Assembly: GCA_965248455.1 (NCBI GenBank)
Contig: OZ252105.1
Location: 2,333,360 to 2,397,359 of the forward strand
Source of the DNA: Dehalococcoidia bacterium
GTDB taxonomy: Bacteria; Chloroflexota; Dehalococcoidia; Lucifugimonadales; Australimonadaceae
Reading direction: 5' to 3'
Length of the DNA stretch: 64,000 nucleotides
The notes beneath the pieces are model-generated. The model was not told the DNA's origin and did no database searches. It saw nothing but the letters and a program-made list of their open reading frames with translations. A program made the position numbers and the translations under genes. Shown here one piece after another: positions 1 through 8,510 of the stretch. Positions within the stretch are counted from its first letter, which is position 1; each line of letters opens with the position of its first letter.

Positions 1-161
1 GCGCCAGCAGGGCCAACCGACCCTGCAGCCCCTGCAGCCCCTGCCGATCCTGGCGGGCCTGCGGGCCCCGTGGAGCCTGTCTCTCCCGCTTCGCCCTGGC
101 ATGCCGTGGCAAGCAGTGCAAAAGTGAGCATCAGAATACAGATGGCTGGCACGATTCTCAT
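1..161 (-). CDS. collagen-like (G-X-Y repeat) lipoprotein, 5' fragment; the gene continues beyond the window start
   Basis: Bases 1..161 match 4067..4227 in register. These are the first ~53 codons (MRIVPAICILMLTFALLATAC plus GXY triplets) of the complete paralogue at 3715..4227. Confidence 0.6.
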   Translation of the reverse strand, partial: MRIVPAICILMLTFALLATACQGEAGETGSTGPAGPPGSAGAAGAAGSVGPAG

Positions 162-1734
162 CGGAAATCCTCCCTCTCGCGTTGATCCCGAAGAGCATGC
201 TCCGGCATCGAACAGGCCAGCGCATTCTAGGAATGGCCGTGTGGCCTGTCAACTAAATCGGAAGATAGCACGACATACGTGACTGTTTCGCACAATAATC
301 AGAACAAGACATGTAACTGCCGGAAAAAGATACTGATGAAAATCAGCGGATTCCGATTAGCATCCCGTTCGCATCTGTTGCATAGAGTGCTTCGCCGCCA
401 ACCGCGATGCCGCGGATCGCGTCGGCTCCCGGCTTGATGCGCCACTGCAGCCTGCCCGTGGCGGCTTCGAGCGCTGCCAAGAGCCCGGTACTGGTGCCAA
501 TTACAACCTGACCCCCATGGACAACAGGTGCAGTCGCACTCGATTCATGCAGGTCTGCTCGCCACACCTTGTCGCCTGTCTGCCGGTCGTATGCGAACAC
601 CCTCCCTCCCACTGTGCTTACATATACTCGATTGGAGTCAATTGCGGGAGCTTCGGAGAAGCTCTCGCCGGTTTCCTGACGCACCCAGACCACGCCCTTT
701 GCCGGGGGCAGTTCATTCAGCATCCCCCACCTAAACATCCATTGGCGCACGTTGCGGATCGCTTTCTCCAACGGCCACTCATGGTTCTCCCAGTGCACGC
801 GCCGGATCGTGCCTTGGGCATCGGTGGCGTATATCGAGTCGTCTGCGACCGCGGCAGAGCCGCTGGCGAGGGGTATTTTGTAGTCGAACCACCGTTTCGC
901 GGTCCGTTTGTCGATGAAGTGGATGAGATTATCCTGCGAAACAACGATTACCAGGTGTTCATTCACCGCAGGGCTGTAAGTGATGCGCCCTGCCGTGGCG
1001 AAGCTCCACCGCTCCTTGCCATCGAGTGCATCGAGTGCGTAGAGCCGGTGGTCGCTGGAGCCTGTGAACAACACACCATCGACCACAGCCGGAGAGGACC
1101 GCACCGGCCCGCCGGTCTGGAAAATCCAGCCGATGCTCCCGTTCCCTCGGTTCAGCGCCGTCAGCTGCCCGTCCAACAATCCAACGTAGATGAGATGGCC
1201 CGCGACGGAAGGTGTTGAACTGATGGGCGTTCCGAGGCATCGGTTCCACAAAGGGGCGCCGTCTGAGGCCGCGAACGCGTGCACGCAGCCGTTGGTGTCG
1301 CCTGCATACACGCTGCCTTCCATCACAACGGGACCGCCTGTCAGTGGAGCGCCGAGGTCTGCTGTCCAGACGACTTCGCCTGTCAGGGCCGTGAGGGGCC
1401 CGGGGGCTGCGTTAGCCCGGAGGGAGCTTCCGCCCTCGGTCGGCCAGTCGTCGACCTGTAGCTCGGACGTCAGGTCCGACGCGGGGGCAGGAACGAAGCG
1501 AGCGAGCCCGATGTTCTCGATGGCGACCCACGTCACAGCGAGCAACGCCAAGCTCGCCACTGCTGCTCGGACGAGCGTTCGCCGGAGCTTCGCGCGCGCC
1601 CGCCATTGCGCGACATGCGAGGAGGCAGGATGAGACGAAAGGCGTCCCCGACATGCAGCACAGTAACGTGCACCTACCTCGTTGGTGTGCCCGCAGACGT
1701 GACACACCGATGAGGAGCCGGTCTCACTCAAACA
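1..1734. repeat. Dispersed segmental duplication, copy 1 (partner 4067..5800)
   Basis: Constant offset of 4066 bp. Only 7 substitutions were seen by eye and no indels. The ORF-track proteins in both copies are identical or nearly so. Confidence 0.95.
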
Positions 1735-1740
1735 TGGCAA
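343..1740 (-). CDS. zinc-ribbon / single-TM / PQQ-like beta-propeller repeat protein (BamB-like fold), copy 1
   Basis: 465 aa. N-terminal CHVCGH..x..CAACRG zinc ribbon, hydrophobic helix AAVASLALLAVTWVAI, then repeated ..G.vYa.d..G.l.Ald..tG...W motifs typical of PQQ/outer-membrane-assembly-like propellers. Confidence 0.85.
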   Translation of the reverse strand: MPCLSETGSSSVCHVCGHTNEVGARYCAACRGRLSSHPASSHVAQWRARAKLRRTLVRAAVASLALLAVTWVAIENIGLARFVPAPASDLTSELQVDDWPTEGGSSLRANAAPGPLTALTGEVVWTADLGAPLTGGPVVMEGSVYAGDTNGCVHAFAASDGAPLWNRCLGTPISSTPSVAGHLIYVGLLDGQLTALNRGNGSIGWIFQTGGPVRSSPAVVDGVLFTGSSDHRLYALDALDGKERWSFATAGRITYSPAVNEHLVIVVSQDNLIHFIDKRTAKRWFDYKIPLASGSAAVADDSIYATDAQGTIRRVHWENHEWPLEKAIRNVRQWMFRWGMLNELPPAKGVVWVRQETGESFSEAPAIDSNRVYVSTVGGRVFAYDRQTGDKVWRADLHESSATAPVVHGGQVVIGTSTGLLAALEAATGRLQWRIKPGADAIRGIAVGGEALYATDANGMLIGIR

Positions 1741-1896
1741 GCGCTACATCCCCGGGCAGGACTCTGAGTATCCCGAAGATAAGGATACTCGCGAGCAGGA
1801 GCGTCGGGATGAACAGCAGCACTCGCCGTGCTATGTACTTCTGCATCCCGCGCCCCTCAGGCTCGCTTTACCATGTGGCTCTTCACCCGTTTGTCC

Positions 1897-3684
1897 TTAC
1901 TTGTCCAGCCAGACCGTCGCGAAGTCCAGGTTGCGGCGGTAGTTGTCTACGGGCACCTGGATGCCCTTTACGTATTCGCGCACGACCGAGTGTGCGTTCT
2001 CCGTGTACAGCCACGCTCCGTAGGCTTGTTCCACGGCGACATACCGCTCCATCTCCCGTGCAATCTCGATCCGCTCCTCGATGCTGGTTGCGGCAGCCAG
2101 GCGGGTGAAGAACTCGTCCACCTTCGTGTCGTTGTGCTTCGGGTCGGCAGCAGCGTTGGCACCGACGCTCGATATGAGCGAGAGGTACTGGCTGGGCAGC
2201 GCCACCGTCGGCCCGCTCATCACAATGTCGAACGAACTCTCCAGCGTTCTGGCTGCCCGCGTGGCGTCGTCCACTAGCTGGAGGTCGACGCTGATGCCGA
2301 GGGCCTCCAACTGGCCGACCAGCGGCTCACAGACGAATCCCCACAGCCTGCGGCACATGAACTCGGTCTCGAAGCCGTCCGGGTAGCCTGCCTCAGCCAG
2401 CAGCGCCTTGGCCATCTCCCGATCGGCGTCCTTGGAGGCAGGGTTCCATCCGGGCGTCTCCATGAGGCCGGGTGCCGCCCAAGCGGTGTCCGGGTCGAAC
2501 ATGCCGGTCATCTTGCCGAAACCGCCGAAGGTGAGTTCGACCAACTCCGGGCGGTTGAGCCAGAGGTGTATGGCGCGTCTGACCCGCACGTCCTGCAGCG
2601 GGCCCTCACGGATAGTGTTGAAGGCGAGCGCCCAGAAGCTGGACTGAGCCATCTCCAGGATCGTCACTTTGTCGGGCCCCAGGGTGGAGAAGATGGCGTT
2701 CTCGCGCTCAGGAGTGAGTTGGAACCCGGAACCGCGGGCGGTGGCGTCCAGGCGTCCCGTGCGGAATGCGGTGTCCATGCCGGACGGGTCAGGCGTGATG
2801 TAGAAGTCGATCCCGTCGAGGTAGGGAAGCTGGTTCCCGTCCTCGTCCGTCATGTAGTACTTGTCGAACCGGCGCATCTTGGCAACGCTGCCCGGCCGGT
2901 ATTCCTCCACGTAGAACGGTCCGAGCCCGATGAGCCCTACGTCCAGCGGCGTGACGTTGACGTTGCCTGTGTCTATCTCAGGCTGCATCAGGTGACGCGG
3001 GTGGGCGATGATCTGATTGTCGACCCCTAGCAACTGGTCGAAGTCGAACACCGAGCTCTTCAGATTGATGACCACGGTGGATTCGTCCAGCGCCTCCACG
3101 CTGTCTACCCACGGGATGAAGTCCCAGTTGGCAGGACGCCTGGAGTTCTCTCCCACCGTCACACCGAAGATGGCCAGTTCCAGCCAGAATTTCACGTCCT
3201 CGGCGGTGAGCTTGACGCCGTCGTGCCAGTAGACGTTTTCGCGCAGCTTGAACGTCCAGACCGTCCTGTCGCCGTTCGCGGACCACTCGGTCGCCAGGCC
3301 GGGGCAGACCGCCGCGCCGTCGTCCGGGCACTGGCGGATCATGTTCCCCATACCGAAGATCGATCCTGCCGCTTGCAGCACGCTGATGCTGCCCGACCTG
3401 ATTGGATCCCAGCCCCGAGGCGGGTCGGCGCGGGTGGAGAAGTTCGCTATACCGCCGTAGCGGGACTTCTCCTCCATCATCATAGCTGTCGGGGTTGGGG
3501 CCATGGCTTCGCCGTCAGACGGCGCGGCGGTCGACTGAGGCGCCTGCGACTCCGGAGCCGGGGTCGGGGTCGGGGTCGGGGTCGGATCAGGGTCGTCTGA
3601 TGTGCAAGCGGCCAGCGCCATGGTTAGAGCGAGGATGCTCGTAACAAGCGCCAGTGCTTTGAGCGCAGGAATTCTGATGGTCAT
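1897..3684 (-). CDS. ABC transporter substrate-binding lipoprotein, family 5 (peptide/nickel/opine type)
   Basis: 595 aa. Signal peptide plus lipobox (LTMALAAC), a Pro/Thr-rich linker, then a typical SBP_bac_5 body. No permease or ATPase gene lies next to it. Confidence 0.85.
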   Translation of the reverse strand: MTIRIPALKALALVTSILALTMALAACTSDDPDPTPTPTPTPAPESQAPQSTAAPSDGEAMAPTPTAMMMEEKSRYGGIANFSTRADPPRGWDPIRSGSISVLQAAGSIFGMGNMIRQCPDDGAAVCPGLATEWSANGDRTVWTFKLRENVYWHDGVKLTAEDVKFWLELAIFGVTVGENSRRPANWDFIPWVDSVEALDESTVVINLKSSVFDFDQLLGVDNQIIAHPRHLMQPEIDTGNVNVTPLDVGLIGLGPFYVEEYRPGSVAKMRRFDKYYMTDEDGNQLPYLDGIDFYITPDPSGMDTAFRTGRLDATARGSGFQLTPERENAIFSTLGPDKVTILEMAQSSFWALAFNTIREGPLQDVRVRRAIHLWLNRPELVELTFGGFGKMTGMFDPDTAWAAPGLMETPGWNPASKDADREMAKALLAEAGYPDGFETEFMCRRLWGFVCEPLVGQLEALGISVDLQLVDDATRAARTLESSFDIVMSGPTVALPSQYLSLISSVGANAAADPKHNDTKVDEFFTRLAAATSIEERIEIAREMERYVAVEQAYGAWLYTENAHSVVREYVKGIQVPVDNYRRNLDFATVWLDK

Positions 3685-3714
3685 TGGAATCCTCCCTGAT
3701 CCATTTGCGTCCAG

Positions 3715-4227
3715 TTACTCTGCCGGAGCGGGGGCAACGAAGGTGATGGGCGCGGTCGCCAGGGAGCCCAGGCTGCCTTCCACCGTGACGGTGTATGTGC
3801 CGGGACTGGAGCTGATGCGGTCCATCCTGAACCTCCCGGCTTGCGTCACCGCGAACGTCCCGTATGCGGACGCATCGACGCCTGCTATTGTGCCGGGGCC
3901 ATACGCGTCGGTGTGGAAGATGATGAGGACAGCTTCCCCGGGCTGGAAGCCCCAACCGGTGACCGTGAAGGTTCGCTCGGAGCCGATGGTGTATGCGGCT
4001 TTATCTAGCGAGATGCCGGCGGCGGATACGGGCGCAGGATCGCCTGGAGGACCCTGAGCGCCATCGGCGCCAGCAGGGCCAACCGACCCTGCAGCCCCTG
4101 CAGCCCCTGCCGATCCTGGCGGGCCTGCGGGCCCCGTGGAGCCTGTCTCTCCCGCTTCGCCCTGGCATGCCGTGGCAAGCAGTGCAAAAGTGAGCATCAG
4201 AATACAGATGGCTGGCACGATTCTCAT
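3715..4227 (-). CDS. secreted lipoprotein with collagen-like triple-helix repeat and C-terminal beta-rich domain
   Basis: 170 aa. Lipobox LLATAC, 14 uninterrupted G-X-Y triplets (GEAGETGSTGPAGPPGSAGAAGAAGSVGPAGADGAQGPPGDP), then a ~115-aa domain. Confidence 0.8.
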   Translation of the reverse strand: MRIVPAICILMLTFALLATACQGEAGETGSTGPAGPPGSAGAAGAAGSVGPAGADGAQGPPGDPAPVSAAGISLDKAAYTIGSERTFTVTGWGFQPGEAVLIIFHTDAYGPGTIAGVDASAYGTFAVTQAGRFRMDRISSSPGTYTVTVEGSLGSLATAPITFVAPAPAE

Positions 4228-5800
4228 CGGAAATCCTCCCTCTCGCGTTGATCCCGAAGAGCATGCTCCGGCATCGAACAGGCCAGCGCATTCTAGGAAT
4301 GGCCGTGTGGCCTGTCAACTAAATCGGAAGATAGCACGACATACGTGACTGTTTCGCACAATAATCAGAACAAGACATGTAACTGCCGGAAAAAGATACT
4401 GATGAAAATCAGCGGATTCCGATTAGCATCCCGTTCGCATCTGTTGCATAGAGTGCTTCGCCGCCAACCGCGATGCCGCGGATCGCGTCGGCTCCCGGCT
4501 TGATGCGCCACTGCAGCCTGCCCGTGGCGGCTTCGAGCGCTACCAAGAGCCCGGTACTGGTACCAATTACAACCTGACCCCCATGGACAACAGGTGCAGT
4601 CGCACTCGATTCATGCAGGTCTGCTCGCCACACCTTGTCGCCTGTCTGCCGGTCGTATGCGAACACCCTCCCTCCCACTGTGCTTACATATACTCGATTG
4701 GAGTCAATTGCGGGAGCTTCGGAGAAGCTCTCGCCGGTTTCCTGACGCACCCAGACCACGCCCTTTGCCGGGGGCAGTTCATTCAGCATCCCCCACCTAA
4801 ACATCCATTGGCACACGTTGCGGATCGCTTTCTCCAACGGCCACTCATGGTTCTCCCAGTGCACGCGCCGGATCGTGCCTTGGGCATCGGTGGCGTATAT
4901 CGAGTCGTCTGCGACCGCGGCAGAGCCGCTGGCGAGGGGTATTTTGTAGTCGAACCACCGTTTCGCGGTCCGTTTGTCGATGAAGTGGATGAGATTATCC
5001 TGCGAAACAACGATTACCAGGTGTTCATTCACCGCAGGGCTGTAAGTGATGCGCCCTGCCGTGGCGAAGCTCCACCGCTCCTTGCCATCGAGTGCATCGA
5101 GTGCGTAGAGCCGGTGGTCGCTGGAGCCTGTGAACAACACACCATCGACCACAGCCGGAGAGGACCGCACCGGCCCGCCGGTCTGGAAAATCCAGCCGAT
5201 GCTCCCGTTCCCTCGGTTCAGCGCCGTCAGCTGCCCGTCCAACAATCCAACGTAGATGAGATGGCCCGCGACGGAAGGTGTTGAACTGATGGGCGTTCCG
5301 AGGCATCGGTTCCACAAAGGGGCGCCGTCTGAGGCCGCGAACGCGTGCACGCAGCCGTTGGTGTCGCCTGCATACACGCTGCCTTCCATCACAACGGGAC
5401 CGCCTGTCAGTGGAGCGCCGAGGTCTGCTGTCCAGACGACTTCGCCTGTCAGGGCCGTGAGGGGCCCGGGGGCTGCGTTAGCCCGGAGGGAGCTTCCGCC
5501 CTCGGTCGGCCAGTCGTCGACCTGTAGCTCGGACGTCAGGTCCGACGCGGGGGCAGGAACGAAGCGAGCGAGCCCGATGTTCTCGATGGCGACCCACGTC
5601 ACAGCGAGCAACGCCAAGCTCGCCACTGCTGCTCGGACGAGCGTTCGCCGGAGCTTCGCGCGCGCCCGCCATTGCGCGACATGCGAGGAGGCAGGATGAG
5701 ACGAAAGGCGCCCCCGGCATGCAACACAGTAACGTGCACCTACCTCGTTGGTGTGCCCGCAGACGTGACACACCGATGAGGAGCCGGTCCCACTCAAACA
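4067..5800. repeat. Dispersed segmental duplication, copy 2 (partner 1..1734)
   Basis: See copy 1. Identity ends abruptly at 5800/1734. Confidence 0.95.
4409..5797 (-). CDS. zinc-ribbon / single-TM / PQQ-like beta-propeller repeat protein, copy 2
   Basis: 462 aa. Differs from copy 1 by 3 internal residues and by a different N-terminus (MSGTGSSS versus MPCLSETGSSS). Confidence 0.85.
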   Translation of the reverse strand: MSGTGSSSVCHVCGHTNEVGARYCVACRGRLSSHPASSHVAQWRARAKLRRTLVRAAVASLALLAVTWVAIENIGLARFVPAPASDLTSELQVDDWPTEGGSSLRANAAPGPLTALTGEVVWTADLGAPLTGGPVVMEGSVYAGDTNGCVHAFAASDGAPLWNRCLGTPISSTPSVAGHLIYVGLLDGQLTALNRGNGSIGWIFQTGGPVRSSPAVVDGVLFTGSSDHRLYALDALDGKERWSFATAGRITYSPAVNEHLVIVVSQDNLIHFIDKRTAKRWFDYKIPLASGSAAVADDSIYATDAQGTIRRVHWENHEWPLEKAIRNVCQWMFRWGMLNELPPAKGVVWVRQETGESFSEAPAIDSNRVYVSTVGGRVFAYDRQTGDKVWRADLHESSATAPVVHGGQVVIGTSTGLLVALEAATGRLQWRIKPGADAIRGIAVGGEALYATDANGMLIGIR

Positions 5801-5818
5801 ATGTGCTCCCGTTGAAGC

Positions 5819-7144
5819 TCAGGCTCCCGCGTAGTTGACCGGTTGGAAGGCGATGCAGTGCTGCCGGGTCGCTTCTACCCAGTCTTCTTCCTTCTCCAGG
5901 ACGGTCGCGGCAGACCGAATCGCGAACAGCGTGGGGTCGGTCACGCTTGGAGGCAACTCGCCGGTGTCCCGGAGTGCCCTTGCCGCGTTCAGCAGGCGGT
6001 AGCGCGTGTGGATGATCCCTGAGTCCGTCGAGACCAGGTGCTCCTTCGACCTGTCGTAGATGGGGCCCATCGTCTCCTGCATTCCGGAGTCCTGCGCCCA
6101 CGTACCGGGGATGCCGCACCAGCGCTCCGTCTGCTGTGCGCGGTAGTCATTCCAGTAGTCGTTCATGACGTTCTGGCGCGGACGCCACTGGCTGCCCGGG
6201 AGGGTGGGATCTTCGGGAAGGAAACCCACTTCTCCGATGTTGTACACCCCCGGTCGCTTTTCCATGTCGATGAGCTCATCCTCTGTCAACGGGCGGTTGG
6301 GATGGTACGTGGCGCCAAAGACCATGGTGTGCTCGTCGTCGATCGGTATCCACGCACGGAAGCCTCGCTTCGGGTCTTTCCCGTACGGCCCGGTCATGGT
6401 GTAGAAAGGCAGCAGGAACTGGCTGACTCGCCAGTAGTAGTGCTCCTCGTCTACGTTTCGGTGGCACCCGACCAGCACGCCGTAATCCGTTTCGACCGCT
6501 TCGAACACGGGACAGCGGTCGCTGTCCTTGTAGTAGGGGCCCATCGTCTTCTCGCTGGGTTGCGACATCTGAAATGGGAACCGGGTGTGCAGGTAGGAGT
6601 TGTGTGAGTTGTCTATGTCGCCTTCCAGCGCCTGCACGAAGTTATTGATCTGTAGACGCTTGGCGATGTGGCGGTGCTCCACCGGCACGAGGTTCCATTC
6701 GAAATCAGGCAAGGGAGGCATCGTCTCTCGGGGTCCCATGTAGGTCCAGATGACGCCGTTCCGCTCCTGGCAGGGGTATGCTTTGATACTAACCTTGTTT
6801 TTGAAGGCCTCACCCTCTGGTGCGTTGGGCATGTCTATACAGGCCCCAGTGGTGTCGAACTTCCATCCGTGGTAGACGCACCGGAGTCCGTACTCCTCGT
6901 TGCGCCCGAAGAACGTGCCTGCGCCTCGGTGCGGGCAGCGGTCGTCCACGATGCCGATATTGCCTGCGGTGTCCCTGTACGCAACGAGATCCTCACTCAA
7001 GAGGCGCACCCGCAACGGCTGACCGTCGCGCTCAGGCAACTCTGACGACATCAGCGCCGGGATCCAGTAGTGCCGGATCAAGTCACCTGTTGGAGTACCC
7101 GCTCCGACGCGGCACATCAGTTCGTTATCTTCTCTCGTCAGCAT
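5819..7144 (-). CDS. Rieske [2Fe-2S] non-heme-iron aromatic-ring-hydroxylating oxygenase, alpha subunit
   Basis: 441 aa. Rieske motif CPHRGAGTFFGRNEEYGLRCVYHGW and mononuclear-iron motif NNFVQALEGDIDNSHNSYLH. Confidence 0.9.
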   Translation of the reverse strand: MLTREDNELMCRVGAGTPTGDLIRHYWIPALMSSELPERDGQPLRVRLLSEDLVAYRDTAGNIGIVDDRCPHRGAGTFFGRNEEYGLRCVYHGWKFDTTGACIDMPNAPEGEAFKNKVSIKAYPCQERNGVIWTYMGPRETMPPLPDFEWNLVPVEHRHIAKRLQINNFVQALEGDIDNSHNSYLHTRFPFQMSQPSEKTMGPYYKDSDRCPVFEAVETDYGVLVGCHRNVDEEHYYWRVSQFLLPFYTMTGPYGKDPKRGFRAWIPIDDEHTMVFGATYHPNRPLTEDELIDMEKRPGVYNIGEVGFLPEDPTLPGSQWRPRQNVMNDYWNDYRAQQTERWCGIPGTWAQDSGMQETMGPIYDRSKEHLVSTDSGIIHTRYRLLNAARALRDTGELPPSVTDPTLFAIRSAATVLEKEEDWVEATRQHCIAFQPVNYAGA

Positions 7145-7286
7145 GGCAACCTCCTAGCTGGGTGCACCACATCCTTCATACGGGGCACTGTAAACAGCGA
7201 AGCACGCACATCATATTCCAGCGGATGAAGGATTGCTATCGGAAAGGTGCTTTCAAGCAGCGCTCTACTGCAGCCTGGCTGCAGGC

Positions 7287-8489
7287 TCAATGCTCGTCCA
7301 CAGTCGGCGTCTGGTGCTGGAGCATGACTTCACGTCGGGTCTGCGACGACTCCAGCATCGCCAGGCAGACCTCCATGGTCGCCTTCGCCCAGCGACCGTG
7401 ATGGACGAGGGGACGGCCTTTGGTGACCGCGAAGTACAACTCGTCGATCACTGCGCCGCGGCCCTGCACGCCCCGCCATGGATCGGGCTCGATCAGCCTG
7501 AACCCGTCGGTCGTGTACGCCCCCACCCCATCCGGAAGCATCCGGAGGTCGGCTCCCGCGCACGTGACAAGGAAGAAGCCGAGTTCGCCTTGGAGCAGTG
7601 ACGGCGTGCCCTGAGCGGCGCGCGCTTGTGCTACAGGCCGCTCTCCGCCGTAGCCCGTGTTGATGCGCATGGACGTCTCCTCCTCAGGAGACTGTGCTGC
7701 GCGGAGCGCCCTGCGCGTCCTTCCGTACCGCTCGGACTCTCCCTGAGCACTCCTGCCGGCCAATTCGGAGGAATCGAAGTGGTCGTATCCGCTGTAGGAC
7801 AGCGTGGCCACCGCGCCATTCTCGAAGTCAAGGAACGCCGTATAGCTGCCCTCGGTATGCCGCTCATGGTCAAGATCGAACACCGCCGCACGCACGCTTC
7901 GGGCCATGCCGCCCGCGATGAATCGCGCGGCGTCCACCTGGTGCGGCACCTGGTTGTACATGATGCCGCCGCCCAGTGCCGTGATTAGTTCTTCGGGACG
8001 GCGCGGACGGTAGAGGAAGTCGGTGTAGGCAGTCGCCGTGATGAAGCCCAGACGCCCAAACTCGCCCTCGACGACGAGCCTCCGCATCTTCTGCACGATA
8101 GGGTTGAAGCTGGCCGTGTGACCTACAACGAGAATGACTCCGGCCTGCTCTGCGGCGACGGTCATCGTCTCGCAGTCCGCCAGCGTCAGGGCCATCGGCT
8201 TCTCAACGATTGCGTGTTTCCCGTTCGCGGCGGCGGCCTGCAAGTGTTGAACGTGCATTTCATGGGGCGTCGCGATATAGACGGCGTCCACATGCGCACT
8301 CTTGCAGAGGTCCTCGGCATCGGAGAACGTCTCACCGCCGAAGTCCGCCTCGAACCGGTCACGGTGCTGCTTATGCAGGTCAGCCGCAGTCGTTACTCTG
8401 ATGCTGGGGTGCTTCGCCAGCGCGGACAGCATCCCGCTGCCAGCGCGCCCCAGCCCAATCACGCCGAACCGGAGTTCAGGTCCGTCCAT
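7287..8489 (-). CDS. Gfo/Idh/MocA family NAD(P)-dependent oxidoreductase
   Basis: 400 aa. N-terminal Rossmann FGVIGLGRAGSG and the family signature AIVEKPMALT. Confidence 0.85.
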   Translation of the reverse strand: MDGPELRFGVIGLGRAGSGMLSALAKHPSIRVTTAADLHKQHRDRFEADFGGETFSDAEDLCKSAHVDAVYIATPHEMHVQHLQAAAANGKHAIVEKPMALTLADCETMTVAAEQAGVILVVGHTASFNPIVQKMRRLVVEGEFGRLGFITATAYTDFLYRPRRPEELITALGGGIMYNQVPHQVDAARFIAGGMARSVRAAVFDLDHERHTEGSYTAFLDFENGAVATLSYSGYDHFDSSELAGRSAQGESERYGRTRRALRAAQSPEEETSMRINTGYGGERPVAQARAAQGTPSLLQGELGFFLVTCAGADLRMLPDGVGAYTTDGFRLIEPDPWRGVQGRGAVIDELYFAVTKGRPLVHHGRWAKATMEVCLAMLESSQTRREVMLQHQTPTVDEH

Positions 8490-8510
8490 TGCGCCTCCGT
8501 GCCGGGATCG

